Under the pieces are notes generated by a model. That model was not told where the DNA came from. It searched no databases and worked only from the letters and a program-made list of their open reading frames with translations. A DNA stretch of 64,000 nt from positions 174,437 to 238,436 of the IMG/VR virus record IMGVR_UViG_3300037264_008423. One strand, given 5' to 3'. Position numbers and translations under genes: made by a program. This document shows, piece by piece, positions 17,823 through 27,637 of the stretch (its first letter is position 1; each line of letters begins with the position of its first letter).

Positions 17823-17861
17823 ATGAAAGCCAGAACCAATTTTTAGTGTAAACAAATTTAA

Positions 17862-17938
17862 GGAAGCATAGCTCAATCACGAAGAGCGGGAGTCCTACCC
17901 ACTCAAGGTTGCTGGTGCGAGTCCGGCTGCTTCCACCA
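17862..17938 (+). tRNA. tRNA-Val(TAC), atypical anticodon loop
   Basis: GGAAGCA/TGCTTCC, loop CCTACCC (C33, C37). Confidence 0.7.
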
Positions 17939-17960
17939 TTTTGTTCCAGTAGCCGGGTAT

Positions 17961-18461
17961 ATGGATGGTATTAGTGATGAGAACATGGGCTATATAGTTA
18001 AACTGATGAAAAAATTAGCCAAGCTCATTAGCTGGCTGATCGAACTTGCTTTTCGGCGCGGATACCGTGAAGGCCGGAAGATCGGTAAACTTGGGTTCTG
18101 TTTTCGAGTGGGACCCGTAACCAATAAGAAACCTATGCCATTAGAATTAAAGCTAACAACGGAGCAGCAAGTCGCTGTGCGCATTAAGCCGACCACGCCT
18201 AAAGGCCAACCCGCCCAGTTGGACGGGCTTCCGGCCTGGTCTGTGGCGGTCGGAGACGTAACCCTGCAACCCAGCCAGGACGGCCTGTCTTGCGTGATTG
18301 TCAGCGCGGACACAGCGGGGTTGAGCCAGGTGCTTGTGACCGCCGACGCCGACCTGGGTGAGGGCGTGGAAACGGTCAGCGATACCATCGCGGTGGACGT
18401 GGCCAGCCCTCGCGCGACGAATTTGGGCCTGGCGGCGGACCCGCCCGAACTCAAGCCTTAA
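17961..18461 (+). CDS. Hypothetical protein, beta-rich (Ig-like) C-terminus
   Basis: Alternating beta-strand pattern from MPLELKL... Confidence 0.65.
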   Translation: MDGISDENMGYIVKLMKKLAKLISWLIELAFRRGYREGRKIGKLGFCFRVGPVTNKKPMPLELKLTTEQQVAVRIKPTTPKGQPAQLDGLPAWSVAVGDVTLQPSQDGLSCVIVSADTAGLSQVLVTADADLGEGVETVSDTIAVDVASPRATNLGLAADPPELKP

Positions 18462-18553
18462 GCGCCGCAGGGCGCAACTCCTTGATTGCAGCCCGGAAGT
18501 ATTCCGGGCTTTTTGTTCTTAGGGGTGGAATCCATAAACCAAAGGACACCCCT

Positions 18554-19153
18554 ATGACAGAGAATACTCTTGCTGGCAAGCTGGTCGCGCTGATCCGCGA
18601 AACCGAAGCTCCGGCTCACACGGAAACAGTCAAAGCCGTCATCCGGCTTTTGAAAGAGGCGGTGGTAATACTGGCCCCCAAAATCATCAATCCCACCCAG
18701 GACGATTTTAAGACCACCGCTGAAATCGCGGCGGCTACGGGGATCGACCTGTCTCCCTTGATTCAAACCACCGGGGACCGGAGTCAGATTAAGATAAAGA
18801 CCGATCTGCTCGACTATTTCACCACCAACGACTTCAAAGACGATCCGCAGCCTTTTGTCGTCTGTCTGCCCATGCCGGGATTTAACCCCTCGGTAGTTTA
18901 TCCTGGCCAGGAGGCGGCTCCCTACAATCCTGGTTATCCCATTCGGGACGGGGCCACACTTTGGCTGGATTCGCAGGAGCCAGTGGCCGCGCCGAACGCG
19001 ATTTGCTGCGAGATCTATCAGCCCAAAATGGGCGGCCTATTCATGTTTGTCCGGCCCTTTGCCACGCAGAACTCGCGGCGCGTGGGCTTCAAGTTTACCC
19101 TGAAAGGGAATGGCCGGAAAACCACCGTGGACATGGTGAGCGCCTACTCGTAA
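18554..19153 (+). CDS. Hypothetical protein
   Basis: ATG after AAGGA RBS. Confidence 0.7.
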   Translation: MTENTLAGKLVALIRETEAPAHTETVKAVIRLLKEAVVILAPKIINPTQDDFKTTAEIAAATGIDLSPLIQTTGDRSQIKIKTDLLDYFTTNDFKDDPQPFVVCLPMPGFNPSVVYPGQEAAPYNPGYPIRDGATLWLDSQEPVAAPNAICCEIYQPKMGGLFMFVRPFATQNSRRVGFKFTLKGNGRKTTVDMVSAYS

Positions 19154-19161
19154 ACAATTTC

Positions 19162-19237
19162 GCCTCGCACGCACAGACAGCGGTGCGCCGGTTTCGTAAA
19201 CCGGAGATGGCCGGTGCGATTCCGGCGCGAGGCTCCA
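19162..19237 (+). tRNA. tRNA-Thr(CGT)
   Basis: GCCTCGC/GCGAGGC, CCGGT-TTCGTAA-ACCGG. Confidence 0.88.
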
Positions 19238-19247
19238 GTCGTAGCAT

Positions 19248-19325
19248 GGTGCGTGTAGCATAATCAGTTAGTGCCCTTGATTGTGAATCAAGACTGTGCC
19301 GGTGCAACTCCGGTCACGCACCCCA
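19248..19325 (+). tRNA. tRNA-His(GTG)
   Basis: G-1:C73, CTTGA-TTGTGAA-TCAAG. Confidence 0.9.
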
Positions 19326-19851
19326 AAGTGACAGCGTAACCAGCGTGTTTTACGACTTTTAGGCACATAGCTACAAACTCATTGTAGCTAAAGTCAGCTT
19401 TGGCTTTGTTCACGGGTTTGCAGGTCAGTCCCAGGTTCAGAAGGGAGTTATCCCCTCCCTTCGATACGGGTATGGTATGGTCAAAAGCATAATCATCCGA
19501 AAGCAGGTCTATCGGAGTGCCCGTGAGGTAACACACTGGATCAGACTTGAGCTTATTCCAAAGCATTTTAGCTGTGAACCGGCTTGACAGCTTGCTGCGC
19601 CGCCCCTTGACTGCTCTGTCGAAATTCTTTTTTCTTTCTCTGAACCGGCTGAGCTTCACGGAAAATCTTTTCAGTTTACGGAACTTTTTCACGCGTATAA
19701 TGGTCTGGCTTTTGACTTGGTTGGACAAGTGATACCGGACTGTGCTCGGTGGTAATTTGGTTTCACGGCTGATTCTTTTCACGCCCCAGTCAGGGTGTTC
19801 GCGTTTGACTGTTTCTATTAATTTCTTATTTAATACACGGGTCGTATCCAT
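19288..19851 (-). CDS. HNH endonuclease with N-terminal HTH
   Basis: CYLTG...FDHTIPVSKGGDNSLLNL..TCKPVNKAK; AT-rich; overlaps tRNA-His antisense. Confidence 0.88.
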   Translation of the reverse strand: MDTTRVLNKKLIETVKREHPDWGVKRISRETKLPPSTVRYHLSNQVKSQTIIRVKKFRKLKRFSVKLSRFRERKKNFDRAVKGRRSKLSSRFTAKMLWNKLKSDPVCYLTGTPIDLLSDDYAFDHTIPVSKGGDNSLLNLGLTCKPVNKAKADFSYNEFVAMCLKVVKHAGYAVTLGCVTGVAPAQS

Positions 19852-19883
19852 ACCGTAAATACAGTTACGACCCGTAAGAACAT

Positions 19884-19959
19884 GTTCGGCGACCGAGCTA
19901 GTGACCGGAATGGTCTGCAAAACCAATGTTGTAGAGTGCGATCCTCTAGCCGAACTCCA
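19884..19959 (+). tRNA. tRNA-Cys(GCA)
   Basis: GTTCGGC/GCCGAAC, loop CTGCAAA, U73. Confidence 0.85.
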
Positions 19960-19982
19960 GTATTTAAAGCATGCGGGAAAGC

Positions 19983-20258
19983 ATGGCATCTTTGGCGTCT
20001 CAAATTGTCGCCTACCTTTTGGAGTATGAAGTGGTTCGAGTCTGCGCGTCTTGTGAACAGGAAATGGGGCGGCGCGTCAAGGTCGAGCCAGGTCAGCACC
20101 GCAGCCACGGCTATTGCAGGCGACATATGCTGGAATACTACCGGCAGGCAGATATTGATCCTGGTCCCGTAGCGGCTAAGGACGACCGGATGTTCTGCCC
20201 GGATCTGCGCGAGCACCCGGAAATACCCACCGTCCCGATGGAAAATAACGAGCTATGA
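19983..20258 (+). CDS. Small Zn-binding hypothetical protein
   Basis: CASC...SHGYC..H. Confidence 0.65.
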   Translation: MASLASQIVAYLLEYEVVRVCASCEQEMGRRVKVEPGQHRSHGYCRRHMLEYYRQADIDPGPVAAKDDRMFCPDLREHPEIPTVPMENNEL

Positions 20259-20483
20259 TCTACTACTGGCTTTTCCACCGGGCCAGCCGGAATCGGTGGG
20301 CGCTGTGGGCCTGGCGCAAATGGTCCAGCTTGATCACAGTTCACAAGCACGTGCGCCGGGGTAATTGGGCGCAGGCATGGATCTGGACAAGAAATTTAAC
20401 GCGGCATTATCCCAACAGCTAAGGAGTCTGCCTTCCAAGCAGAAAAAGTCGGGGCAGCCCACCATTTTTAGTTCTATGGGCGT

Positions 20484-21086
20484 ATGATTAACTTGATCGC
20501 GATGTATTACGACCCGACCCGCGCTGATATCGCGCAGATTGCGATACCCGCCGCTACGGCGTTTGCGCAGGCAAACGGCTATGACCTGATCATTCGGGCT
20601 ACGGAAGCATTTCCAGACGCGAACACGGCCATGTTTTACAAGCCGCTGCTGATCGCCGAGCAACTGCCTCCGTGCGCGAAGCTGATTTACGTGGACGTTG
20701 ACATACTGTTCCGGCCCGGCGCTACCGACCAGGAACTCTTCCGAAGTGACCTTAACGTATCCTGCGACTTCAATGGTTTGTGCGTGGGCTTCATGGCGCT
20801 CCGTAATACTGAGACGGTGCGTCGCGCGATCCAGGTTTGGAATGAATTAGGACCCCTCAAGGGAGCGCCGCAGCACGACCAGACCACCTTCAAGTGGCTG
20901 GTAGAGAATGTTCCCTGGATTACAGGTATGACCTCGCTGATCCCAATGGGCCTGGTGTCCAATCCACGGCACCCGGTTCCGGGCACGGTCGCGCATCACT
21001 TCTGGAGCCAACACTCCGGTAAAGAGTGGATCGCCAAGTCAATGGCGGAATATCGATTTGAGCCGGTGCTTCCAGCGAAGGTCTGA
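20484..21086 (+). CDS. Nucleotide-diphospho-sugar transferase (GT-A)
   Basis: FYKPLLI...IYVDVDILF (DxD)...N.GFMALRN...DQTTF. Confidence 0.85.
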   Translation: MINLIAMYYDPTRADIAQIAIPAATAFAQANGYDLIIRATEAFPDANTAMFYKPLLIAEQLPPCAKLIYVDVDILFRPGATDQELFRSDLNVSCDFNGLCVGFMALRNTETVRRAIQVWNELGPLKGAPQHDQTTFKWLVENVPWITGMTSLIPMGLVSNPRHPVPGTVAHHFWSQHSGKEWIAKSMAEYRFEPVLPAKV

Positions 21087-21118
21087 GTCCTGTAAACTTA
21101 GGCAGGTGAGGGCGGCAC

Positions 21119-21403
21119 TCACCACCGGCTCCACAAGCTAGGCCGCTCTAGCAGGCGGTCGGCGGCGGACTCCAGGGTAGTGCCCATCATTTTGTCCTCT
21201 TCCTCGGTATCGCCCTTGTGCCGAAAAGCGCGTTAGCCGGGTAGAAGCCATTTGCCTGTGATCGGTTCCTGCATTCCCTTCCAGGAACACTTTTGGCAGT
21301 AGTCAAAGCACACATCCGTGTGATTGGTGCCAATCATCTGCTCATGGCCGCAAAGCGTGCATTCGTAGCGCCGAGGTTCGTGGGGTAGGCCGAAAAAAGG
21401 CAT
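21119..21403 (-). CDS. Small Cys-rich ORF (56 aa) with in-frame TAA and a 37-codon open continuation
   Basis: Hand translation MPFFGLPHEPRRYECTLCGH...CQKCSWK...LLPG*RAFRHK...LESAADRLLERPSLWSRW*. Confidence 0.5.
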
Positions 21404-21406
21404 AAG

Positions 21407-22135
21407 CTAAGCTGAGGTTACACCCCCGCCATCGCTGGGATAGAAAGAGGCTTTAGAGGGCGGCAGATAGCGGTCCGAGCGCCGTAGCTTTTGGCGAGGA
21501 TTAAGGGTTGTGGCCCGGATGTAAGCGCCGCGATCTTCCCGGAACAGGCCGGAGTCTAGCGCGTCCGACGCGCAGGTGTCACAGAAGAGGGTGCCCTTTT
21601 CGTCGGCCATGTCCACCCGGATCAGGTTGGTCTTGGCGCGCTTAGCGCACCGACCGCCGCAGGCGGGACAGCCAGGATCGGAGCACTCGCAACGGCCAAA
21701 TGGGCGCGACTCGCTTACGGGTGGAACCGGCTGCCAAGTGTGGCCCTTGTCGCGTGTAGTGAACCACCGCTCCAATTGGCATCTATGGCAACGCCAAAGC
21801 ACTTTTTCTCCAGGCTGATAGTGGTGCCCGTGCGACTGGACCTCGATCCACCGGTGCTCGCACTTAGCCTGGTCCTCCGGGCAATGGCCGCAATGCTCCA
21901 AAAGGTTGTCGGCGCGCCGCTGGGTGATGATTCCCTCGTAAGTGCGCGAGGGATCAAACTTGGGCGCAGGCATCAAGATCATGAGCGCCTGGTTATAGAC
22001 ATCCCGCTCCGCCGCCTCGCGGGTGTCCCAGGGCGCGGAGGCGATCCGCTTTCCGCCCGGCAGAAACGCAATGCTGACGAAGCTGTCCGCGTGCGGATAG
22101 GTCTCAACTTCGATCTGGTAATCGCCCACTTTCAT
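21407..22135 (-). CDS. Cys-rich hypothetical protein
   Basis: 242-aa ORF with several CxxC clusters. Confidence 0.7.
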   Translation of the reverse strand: MKVGDYQIEVETYPHADSFVSIAFLPGGKRIASAPWDTREAAERDVYNQALMILMPAPKFDPSRTYEGIITQRRADNLLEHCGHCPEDQAKCEHRWIEVQSHGHHYQPGEKVLWRCHRCQLERWFTTRDKGHTWQPVPPVSESRPFGRCECSDPGCPACGGRCAKRAKTNLIRVDMADEKGTLFCDTCASDALDSGLFREDRGAYIRATTLNPRQKLRRSDRYLPPSKASFYPSDGGGVTSA

Positions 22136-22168
22136 ATGTTAGCTACTCTTTTCAGTTCTAGCATGCGC

Positions 22169-22744
22169 ATGAAAACATTACAGGAAATATATCAGAACCA
22201 TCTGCAATCGGATAAAGGCACGTTTCACAGCTACATAGAAGTTTACGAGCGGATTTTTAGTTCACTTAGATTGGCGGCCAAAAAGGTGTTGGAAATTGGG
22301 ATTGCCGGGGGAGCGTCATTACAAATGTTCGAGGAATATTTTCAAGGAGCCGAGGTCTATGGCGTTGATGCCAGAATTAAACCAACTGGCCCTTTTGGAA
22401 ACTGCGACCTGACCGAGCTTATTGAAACCGGGATGCACCGGATCAGGATTTTAAACGCCAAGGTCAAAGCTCAAGTGGAACTCCACTTTAAGGGCGTAGA
22501 GTTCGATGTCATTATCGATGACGCCAGTCATGACTTGGAGAGCCAGTTAACGGTCTATTCTAATTTCAAAGACAAGCTGTCAGCAAACGGTCTATATGTG
22601 ATAGAAGATGTTTACGAATTAGAACAGCGACGCGCCAGCTATGAGCGCATGGACCCTGAAAAAAATGTAACCATTTACGACCTGCGTCCGATAAAACACC
22701 GAGTAGATGACGTGTTAGTGGTCCTCGGACAGCACAGACAGTAG
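22169..22744 (+). CDS. Class I SAM-dependent methyltransferase
   Basis: SDKGTFHSY...VLEIGIAGGASL...FDVIIDDASH...GLYVIEDV. Confidence 0.9.
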   Translation: MKTLQEIYQNHLQSDKGTFHSYIEVYERIFSSLRLAAKKVLEIGIAGGASLQMFEEYFQGAEVYGVDARIKPTGPFGNCDLTELIETGMHRIRILNAKVKAQVELHFKGVEFDVIIDDASHDLESQLTVYSNFKDKLSANGLYVIEDVYELEQRRASYERMDPEKNVTIYDLRPIKHRVDDVLVVLGQHRQ

Positions 22745-23710
22745 AACTTCAGTCAGGACGCGCACGGTATGCTCCGCCTTTAGAAATGACGGAAAAGCTG
22801 GATTAGGCTTCGGTTGAAGGGCGAGTAAGTCGCAGGCGATACGGCTGGCGTCCGCGTCGGTGGTAAAAGATCCATCCGCGCGCTGAGCCACTTTAAAGTC
22901 CATCAAGGTGCCCCCTAGATGCTGGGCGTGCTCCGCCTGGGAGGGACAATGCTTGGAAACAACAACATGACAGCCGAGCGCGGCGGCTTCGCTCAACAGC
23001 CGGGAATAACCGTCCCATATGGAGGGGTAAAAGAAAATTCGGGTCCGGCTCAGCTTATGCCACAAGTCCGTTTTAGACAGACCTTGCATCATTCCGGCGA
23101 ACCGGCCTCCCTGAACAACAATTTCTCGCATTACCTGTTCTGCGAGCGGCTGACTTTTCCGATTACCAATGCCACTGCTGGCCACGTCGAACTCTTTTAA
23201 AGGGCAACAGTAGGGCTGAATCCCGGTGTAATTTATTCCGCTTGGTATCCACTGGGCGCGCCGACAGAGCTTGGCTACCGCTTCCAGATTCGTCTGAAGC
23301 ATGGGCAGGATTACGTCCATCTGCTGAATAATCTGCGGGTAGTTGAAAAAACCGAACAAGTTAGCGTCACCGTGCAACCACCATACTCGTTTTTTGGCGC
23401 GAATGGGCAAATAGCAGGCGTTGTTCGGATCAAAGCATGTGGCAAGGGCCGAGGGCCAGGTGTTGAAGAAAAGGCAGTCCGTCGTTAAAGAGGGGAGCGC
23501 TTCTCCGTTTTTAGTGCCAATGAAATCAACACCGCGCTTGGTTACACGGCCTGAAACATCATAAGTCGCGCAGAGTAAGGTGCATTCGTGGCCCATAGCG
23601 GCTAATGCTTCCAGGACGGTTAGCACGACGAAGTTACAGGGGTCGGTGTCGTTTACCTTAGTCCACACGTCCCAGGTGTTGGCGTATTGAATTTCAGCGA
23701 TAAATTTCAT
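22715..23710 (-). CDS. Glycosyltransferase, GT-B (GT4-like)
   Basis: IFFYPSIWDGYSRLLSEAAALGCHVV. Confidence 0.8.
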   Translation of the reverse strand: MKFIAEIQYANTWDVWTKVNDTDPCNFVVLTVLEALAAMGHECTLLCATYDVSGRVTKRGVDFIGTKNGEALPSLTTDCLFFNTWPSALATCFDPNNACYLPIRAKKRVWWLHGDANLFGFFNYPQIIQQMDVILPMLQTNLEAVAKLCRRAQWIPSGINYTGIQPYCCPLKEFDVASSGIGNRKSQPLAEQVMREIVVQGGRFAGMMQGLSKTDLWHKLSRTRIFFYPSIWDGYSRLLSEAAALGCHVVVSKHCPSQAEHAQHLGGTLMDFKVAQRADGSFTTDADASRIACDLLALQPKPNPAFPSFLKAEHTVRVLTEVLLSVLSEDH

Positions 23711-24360
23711 AAGCTTTCGCGTTCAAATCCCAATCCGGCTGCAATATAGTCCGAACTCCAGAACTCCAGTTGTCGGCTGTAGAGGATACGGTGCATGCGC
23801 TTCCAGGAAAACCAAACGATCCCCTGCACCACGTTCGGGATCAGGCTTTGTTCGGCTCCGATCTGGCGGATGTCCTCCGCAACCGCGTCGTAAAAACCTG
23901 CGCGCAGCTTTTGGGCCGCCGAGGCCAAGGAGATGCGCACGCCGGTCCAGGCGTTAAAAATGTGCCCGTCCACGGTAACCGGTTGCGGATCTTCGGGATT
24001 CATGATGTTCAGGTAGAAGCTGCGGGTCTTGGGAAACACCAGCAGGTCCAGCGGTTTTTCGCCGTGCGCGATCCGCCAGGCTTTGCGCTTATTATTGCCG
24101 TAAGTGGACACCTTGAAGTCCTCCAGATTCATACCGGCACGCGCGCTGGCTAAGAGCCGGTTCGTGTCGCGCAGGTTGCCCAGGTAGTCGTTGTTAGGGC
24201 TGAGGGCAGCAAAGACGGCGGCTCCGGTGGAGGCGCTATACCCATGCTTGGCCGCGATACCGCCGACGATACGCCGGTAGCGAAACCAAGACTCATGGGC
24301 CAATTCGATGTCCCAGGGAGTAGCCTGGTCCATGACGTTCAGGAGGTTGACCTTGCTCAT
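23707..24360 (-). CDS. Conserved phage protein, possible HhH glycosylase-like fold
   Basis: AAVFAALSPNN...KTRSFYLNI...VTVDGH...QGIVW; family assignment from recall only. Confidence 0.6.
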   Translation of the reverse strand: MSKVNLLNVMDQATPWDIELAHESWFRYRRIVGGIAAKHGYSASTGAAVFAALSPNNDYLGNLRDTNRLLASARAGMNLEDFKVSTYGNNKRKAWRIAHGEKPLDLLVFPKTRSFYLNIMNPEDPQPVTVDGHIFNAWTGVRISLASAAQKLRAGFYDAVAEDIRQIGAEQSLIPNVVQGIVWFSWKRMHRILYSRQLEFWSSDYIAAGLGFERESL

Positions 24361-24488
24361 AGTTGCTCCATTAGAACATACTTTTGCCCCGGTAGTGAAA
24401 CCACAATCACGCGAGTCCTCGAAACTTGAATTGCGGGTGGGAGTCCCGCCTGGGGTGCCAGTATTTAAAGTAGTATGCAGGAAAATGT

Positions 24489-26042
24489 ATGACTCTTGAC
24501 GGGATAGATCAGACCGCGATTGATACAGTCCTATTGACGCTCTTGGAGAGTGACGAGGACGAGGAGTGGATTGGAGTAGATCTGGACGGAACGCTAGCCG
24601 AGTATGACGAGTGGGAAGGTCCGACCAAGATTGGCAAACCGGTCCCCGCGATGGCGCGCCGCATCCGCAACTGGGTAGGCCGCCGCAAGAAAGTTAAAAT
24701 ATTTACCGCCAGGGCCGATGACGAGCGGTCGGTCAACGCCATTAAAAAGTGGCTGAAGGATAACGAGCTGCCTGATCTGGAAATTACGAACCTAAAAGAC
24801 TGCCACATGGCCGAGCTATGGGATGACCGGGCAGTCGCCGTCGAACAGAACACCGGCAAGCTAAAAGAAGCTTACGGGGCGGATGACAAACCCGGCTACG
24901 CTTTTCACGACGATGATGACACCGAGTTGGAGGTCGCGGCTCGGTCGCCTTTCACGGCCCATGACTTGGCGCTCCGGCGCAACAAGCACCATCCGAAGCT
25001 GTGGCAGCGGGTTAAAGGCTCTCCCTACGAGCGGGAATATCGCAAGAAATTTAACCCGACCGAGGCCCTTATCAGCCATCTGCTGGAAGACGATATTGAT
25101 ACTCCGTGGCACCCGCTTTGGCGGCCTCACCCGATGCAGGTGCTCTGGTTTCAACGGCTGCTGTCAAGACTCAGTGTCCGTGCCACTTGGGAAATGCCCG
25201 GCACTGGACAAAAGTATCTGGTCGATAAGGCGAACTACACGGTGACTCTGATCCACGGTGATCCGCGCGATGAGAAGCACTGGCACGATAAAAACAAAAT
25301 AATTCTTAATCTGCTGGGTTTTCGCGTGATTGACGGCACGGAGCCTCCCCCCGATGAGATGACCGTGACGGAGGCGCTGGTCCAGGCATTGCTGGAGGAC
25401 GGGGTAGATGAAGCGCTCAGTCGGCGTGGATTTCTTAATCTTCTAGGCAAATCGGCGACCGCAGCTATGATGGTCAATTCAGTCGGTTTAGCCAAGCACC
25501 TGGTTGGCAGCCCGGCCATGTCGGACGCGGTTAATGACCAACAGCACGACTGGCAAAAATTTTGCGTGCGTTGCCACGCCCCTGTCCCGCGTGCTATGCT
25601 TCCGATTTGCTCTAAGTGTAGCGAATGGTATGCTAAAACTCACGCGGAACAATTGGAAAAAAGCAAGTCAGACCCGGTGCGTCCTGAATCTGAAAGAGGG
25701 TCACGCTTTGACTATGCAGGAGGCAGCGAAGATGCGGACTATTCAAAATACGCGGAATCCCGGTTTAGTTGCCACAGCAAAGCTCTAATCCACGAGTCGC
25801 CGCGTTTTGATGCGCTCAAAAGCAACCGCGTGGACTTGGAACCGGAAGAGCGCCGCCAGGTCATGGCAGCCAAAGCGGTGTGGCCCTTCGGCAAAAAGGG
25901 CGCGGACACGCCAGCCATCCACAAGTCAGTCGTTAAGGGCAAGACCTGGTATTGGAGCAGCACACACCGCTGCTACCAGGCTGATTCCACGCTCAAGAGC
26001 GCAATTAAGTCCTACCATGATACCGTAGAGCCGAGCGCATGA
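24489..26042 (+). CDS. Multidomain protein with N-terminal HAD-family phosphatase (PNKP phosphatase-like) domain
   Basis: WIGVDLDGTLAEY...IFTAR...ELWDDRAV; internal LSRRGFL motif; further unrelated modules. Confidence 0.8.
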   Translation: MTLDGIDQTAIDTVLLTLLESDEDEEWIGVDLDGTLAEYDEWEGPTKIGKPVPAMARRIRNWVGRRKKVKIFTARADDERSVNAIKKWLKDNELPDLEITNLKDCHMAELWDDRAVAVEQNTGKLKEAYGADDKPGYAFHDDDDTELEVAARSPFTAHDLALRRNKHHPKLWQRVKGSPYEREYRKKFNPTEALISHLLEDDIDTPWHPLWRPHPMQVLWFQRLLSRLSVRATWEMPGTGQKYLVDKANYTVTLIHGDPRDEKHWHDKNKIILNLLGFRVIDGTEPPPDEMTVTEALVQALLEDGVDEALSRRGFLNLLGKSATAAMMVNSVGLAKHLVGSPAMSDAVNDQQHDWQKFCVRCHAPVPRAMLPICSKCSEWYAKTHAEQLEKSKSDPVRPESERGSRFDYAGGSEDADYSKYAESRFSCHSKALIHESPRFDALKSNRVDLEPEERRQVMAAKAVWPFGKKGADTPAIHKSVVKGKTWYWSSTHRCYQADSTLKSAIKSYHDTVEPSA

Positions 26043-26065
26043 GCCGTGTCTGGTGGAAAGTTTAA

Positions 26066-26149
26066 GGGCATGTGGTTTACTCGGAATAGCAGACGAGACT
26101 CCCTCAGAAGGAGCCAGCCTTGGGAGTGCAATTCTCCCCATGCCCACCG
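26066..26149 (+). tRNA. tRNA-Leu(CAG), non-canonical core
   Basis: GGGCATG/CATGCCC, loop CTCAGAA, 7-nt connector. Confidence 0.8.
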
Positions 26150-26156
26150 ATTTAAA

Positions 26157-26240
26157 GCGCGACTGATTAAGCCAGAATAGCAGATGGTCCGCGTTTAGAG
26201 CGAGGGAGCCTTCAAGGTGCAAGTCCCTGGTCGCGCACTC
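26157..26240 (+). tRNA. tRNA-Leu(TAG), non-canonical core
   Basis: GCGCGAC/GTCGCGC, loop TTTAGAG; no encoded CCA. Confidence 0.7.
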
Positions 26241-26241
26241 A

Positions 26242-26502
26242 TTACTTAAAGTTGACCAAAGGATGGCCGGTCATGCCCAGCAGGAAGTTGATAAAAGCGA
26301 CTGCGACCAACAGGACAAAAATAGCGGTCCAGACGGTGAAGGCTAGCGGCGGCGGCGCTCCGAATTTCTGCATAAAGTAGCGCCCCAGGAACCAGATGAC
26401 TCCCAGGCAGATGCCGATGATCAAGACATAGAGCAAAGACTGCACCATACCATCGCCGCTAACATTCACAGCGGCTACGAACACCGAATTTAAAGCATTC
26501 AT
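26242..26502 (-). CDS. Small membrane protein (possible holin)
   Basis: Two to three hydrophobic helices in 86 aa. Confidence 0.65.
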   Translation of the reverse strand: MNALNSVFVAAVNVSGDGMVQSLLYVLIIGICLGVIWFLGRYFMQKFGAPPPLAFTVWTAIFVLLVAVAFINFLLGMTGHPLVNFK

Positions 26503-26537
26503 TATACTTTATACACGCCATTACCCGGTCGAATGGA

Positions 26538-27353
26538 CTAGCGCCGGTAGCGGTAAAGGCGCTCCACCACTTTTTGGCGGCCGGGGCCGTTAGGGATGTT
26601 TCGATGGCTTTCAAAGTCGCCCACCACGGTCCACGGTCCCTGGTCATAAAAAGCGTGCGGGTAGTGGGTGAGAAAGATATCCGCGTGTTTGGTCGCGCGC
26701 ACGGCTTCCACAAAAGTTACGTGGTTGAAAGCGTCATTCTCGTAGGCTGAGTTGTGACCTGCGGACTTGGGCCGGGATTCTTCCAGGTAGGGTGGGTCCA
26801 CCAGGTGCAGGATACCGGGATCATCCAATCGGGCCAGGCACTCATCCACGGGCCACTGGGACACTTGAACCTTGGCAAAACGAGCGGCGATGGTCCGCAG
26901 GTGCTCCGGCATGCTGGCCCAGCGCCCAGGCTTGTTGGCTTGCTTGGCGGCGCGCCCGTCCACGCTGTAAGACCAGCCGGTCTTGCCCGGCACCACGGCC
27001 ATCTGCATACGGATGAAAAAAGCCCATGCCTGGTCCACCGGACTTTCACCGGGTTGCCAAGCGGCCTTAAACTCTTCTCTGGCGTAGGGAGTGAGCGCCA
27101 CTCGGTCAATCAGTTCCGCGCCCCATTCCGGGTCGCGCAAGACTCGAAAAAAGTTTACTACCTCGTGATAGACATCGTTGACGGTCTCGAACATGGCTGG
27201 AGGCTTGGCCGCCATTACGGCGGCGCAACCGGCGCAAGTCTCCACGAAGTGGTTGTGTGGAGGCAGGCGCTCAATAATCCAAGGGGCCATGCGCACCTTG
27301 GCACCCCAGTAGCGGAAAGGAGCCATGTGTTTCATCTTGGGGTATAGAACCAA
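26538..27353 (-). CDS. dam: DNA adenine methyltransferase (Dam-like)
   Basis: FRYWGAK, FVETCAG, NDVY, VDPPY. Confidence 0.92.
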   Translation of the reverse strand: MVLYPKMKHMAPFRYWGAKVRMAPWIIERLPPHNHFVETCAGCAAVMAAKPPAMFETVNDVYHEVVNFFRVLRDPEWGAELIDRVALTPYAREEFKAAWQPGESPVDQAWAFFIRMQMAVVPGKTGWSYSVDGRAAKQANKPGRWASMPEHLRTIAARFAKVQVSQWPVDECLARLDDPGILHLVDPPYLEESRPKSAGHNSAYENDAFNHVTFVEAVRATKHADIFLTHYPHAFYDQGPWTVVGDFESHRNIPNGPGRQKVVERLYRYRR

Positions 27354-27362
27354 AGCAATTTA

Positions 27363-27447
27363 GCCAGCGTGGTTAAGGTGGAATGAGCAGACCCCTGCGA
27401 CTTAAAATCGCGGAGCCTTGGGGGTGCGAGTCCCCCCGCTGGCACCA
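27363..27447 (+). tRNA. tRNA-Leu(TAA), non-canonical core
   Basis: GCCAGCG/CGCTGGC, TGCGA-CTTAAAA-TCGCG. Confidence 0.85.
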
Positions 27448-27531
27448 CGGCGCGTGGTTTACCAGGAACAGCAGACTGGCGAGTTTCAAAAACTCTGAGC
27501 CTTGAGAGTGCAATTCTCTCTGCGCCGACCA
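27448..27531 (+). tRNA. tRNA-Leu(CAA), non-canonical core
   Basis: CGGCGCG/TGCGCCG, loop TTCAAAA. Confidence 0.85.
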
Positions 27532-27551
27532 TTTCAAGACAAACAAAAAAT

Positions 27552-27594
27552 GTTTACATTTTAATTTGACACCCGTTCCGCTATTTAATAGAGT
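27552..27594 (+). promoter_or_regulatory. Sigma70-type promoter with upstream GTTTAC box
   Basis: GTTTAC-N8-TTGACA-N17-TAGAGT. Confidence 0.7.
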
Positions 27595-27637
27595 CAGCGC
27601 CGTTCTTTGAGCAAATGCTCGAAGTGTCAGTTTTCAT

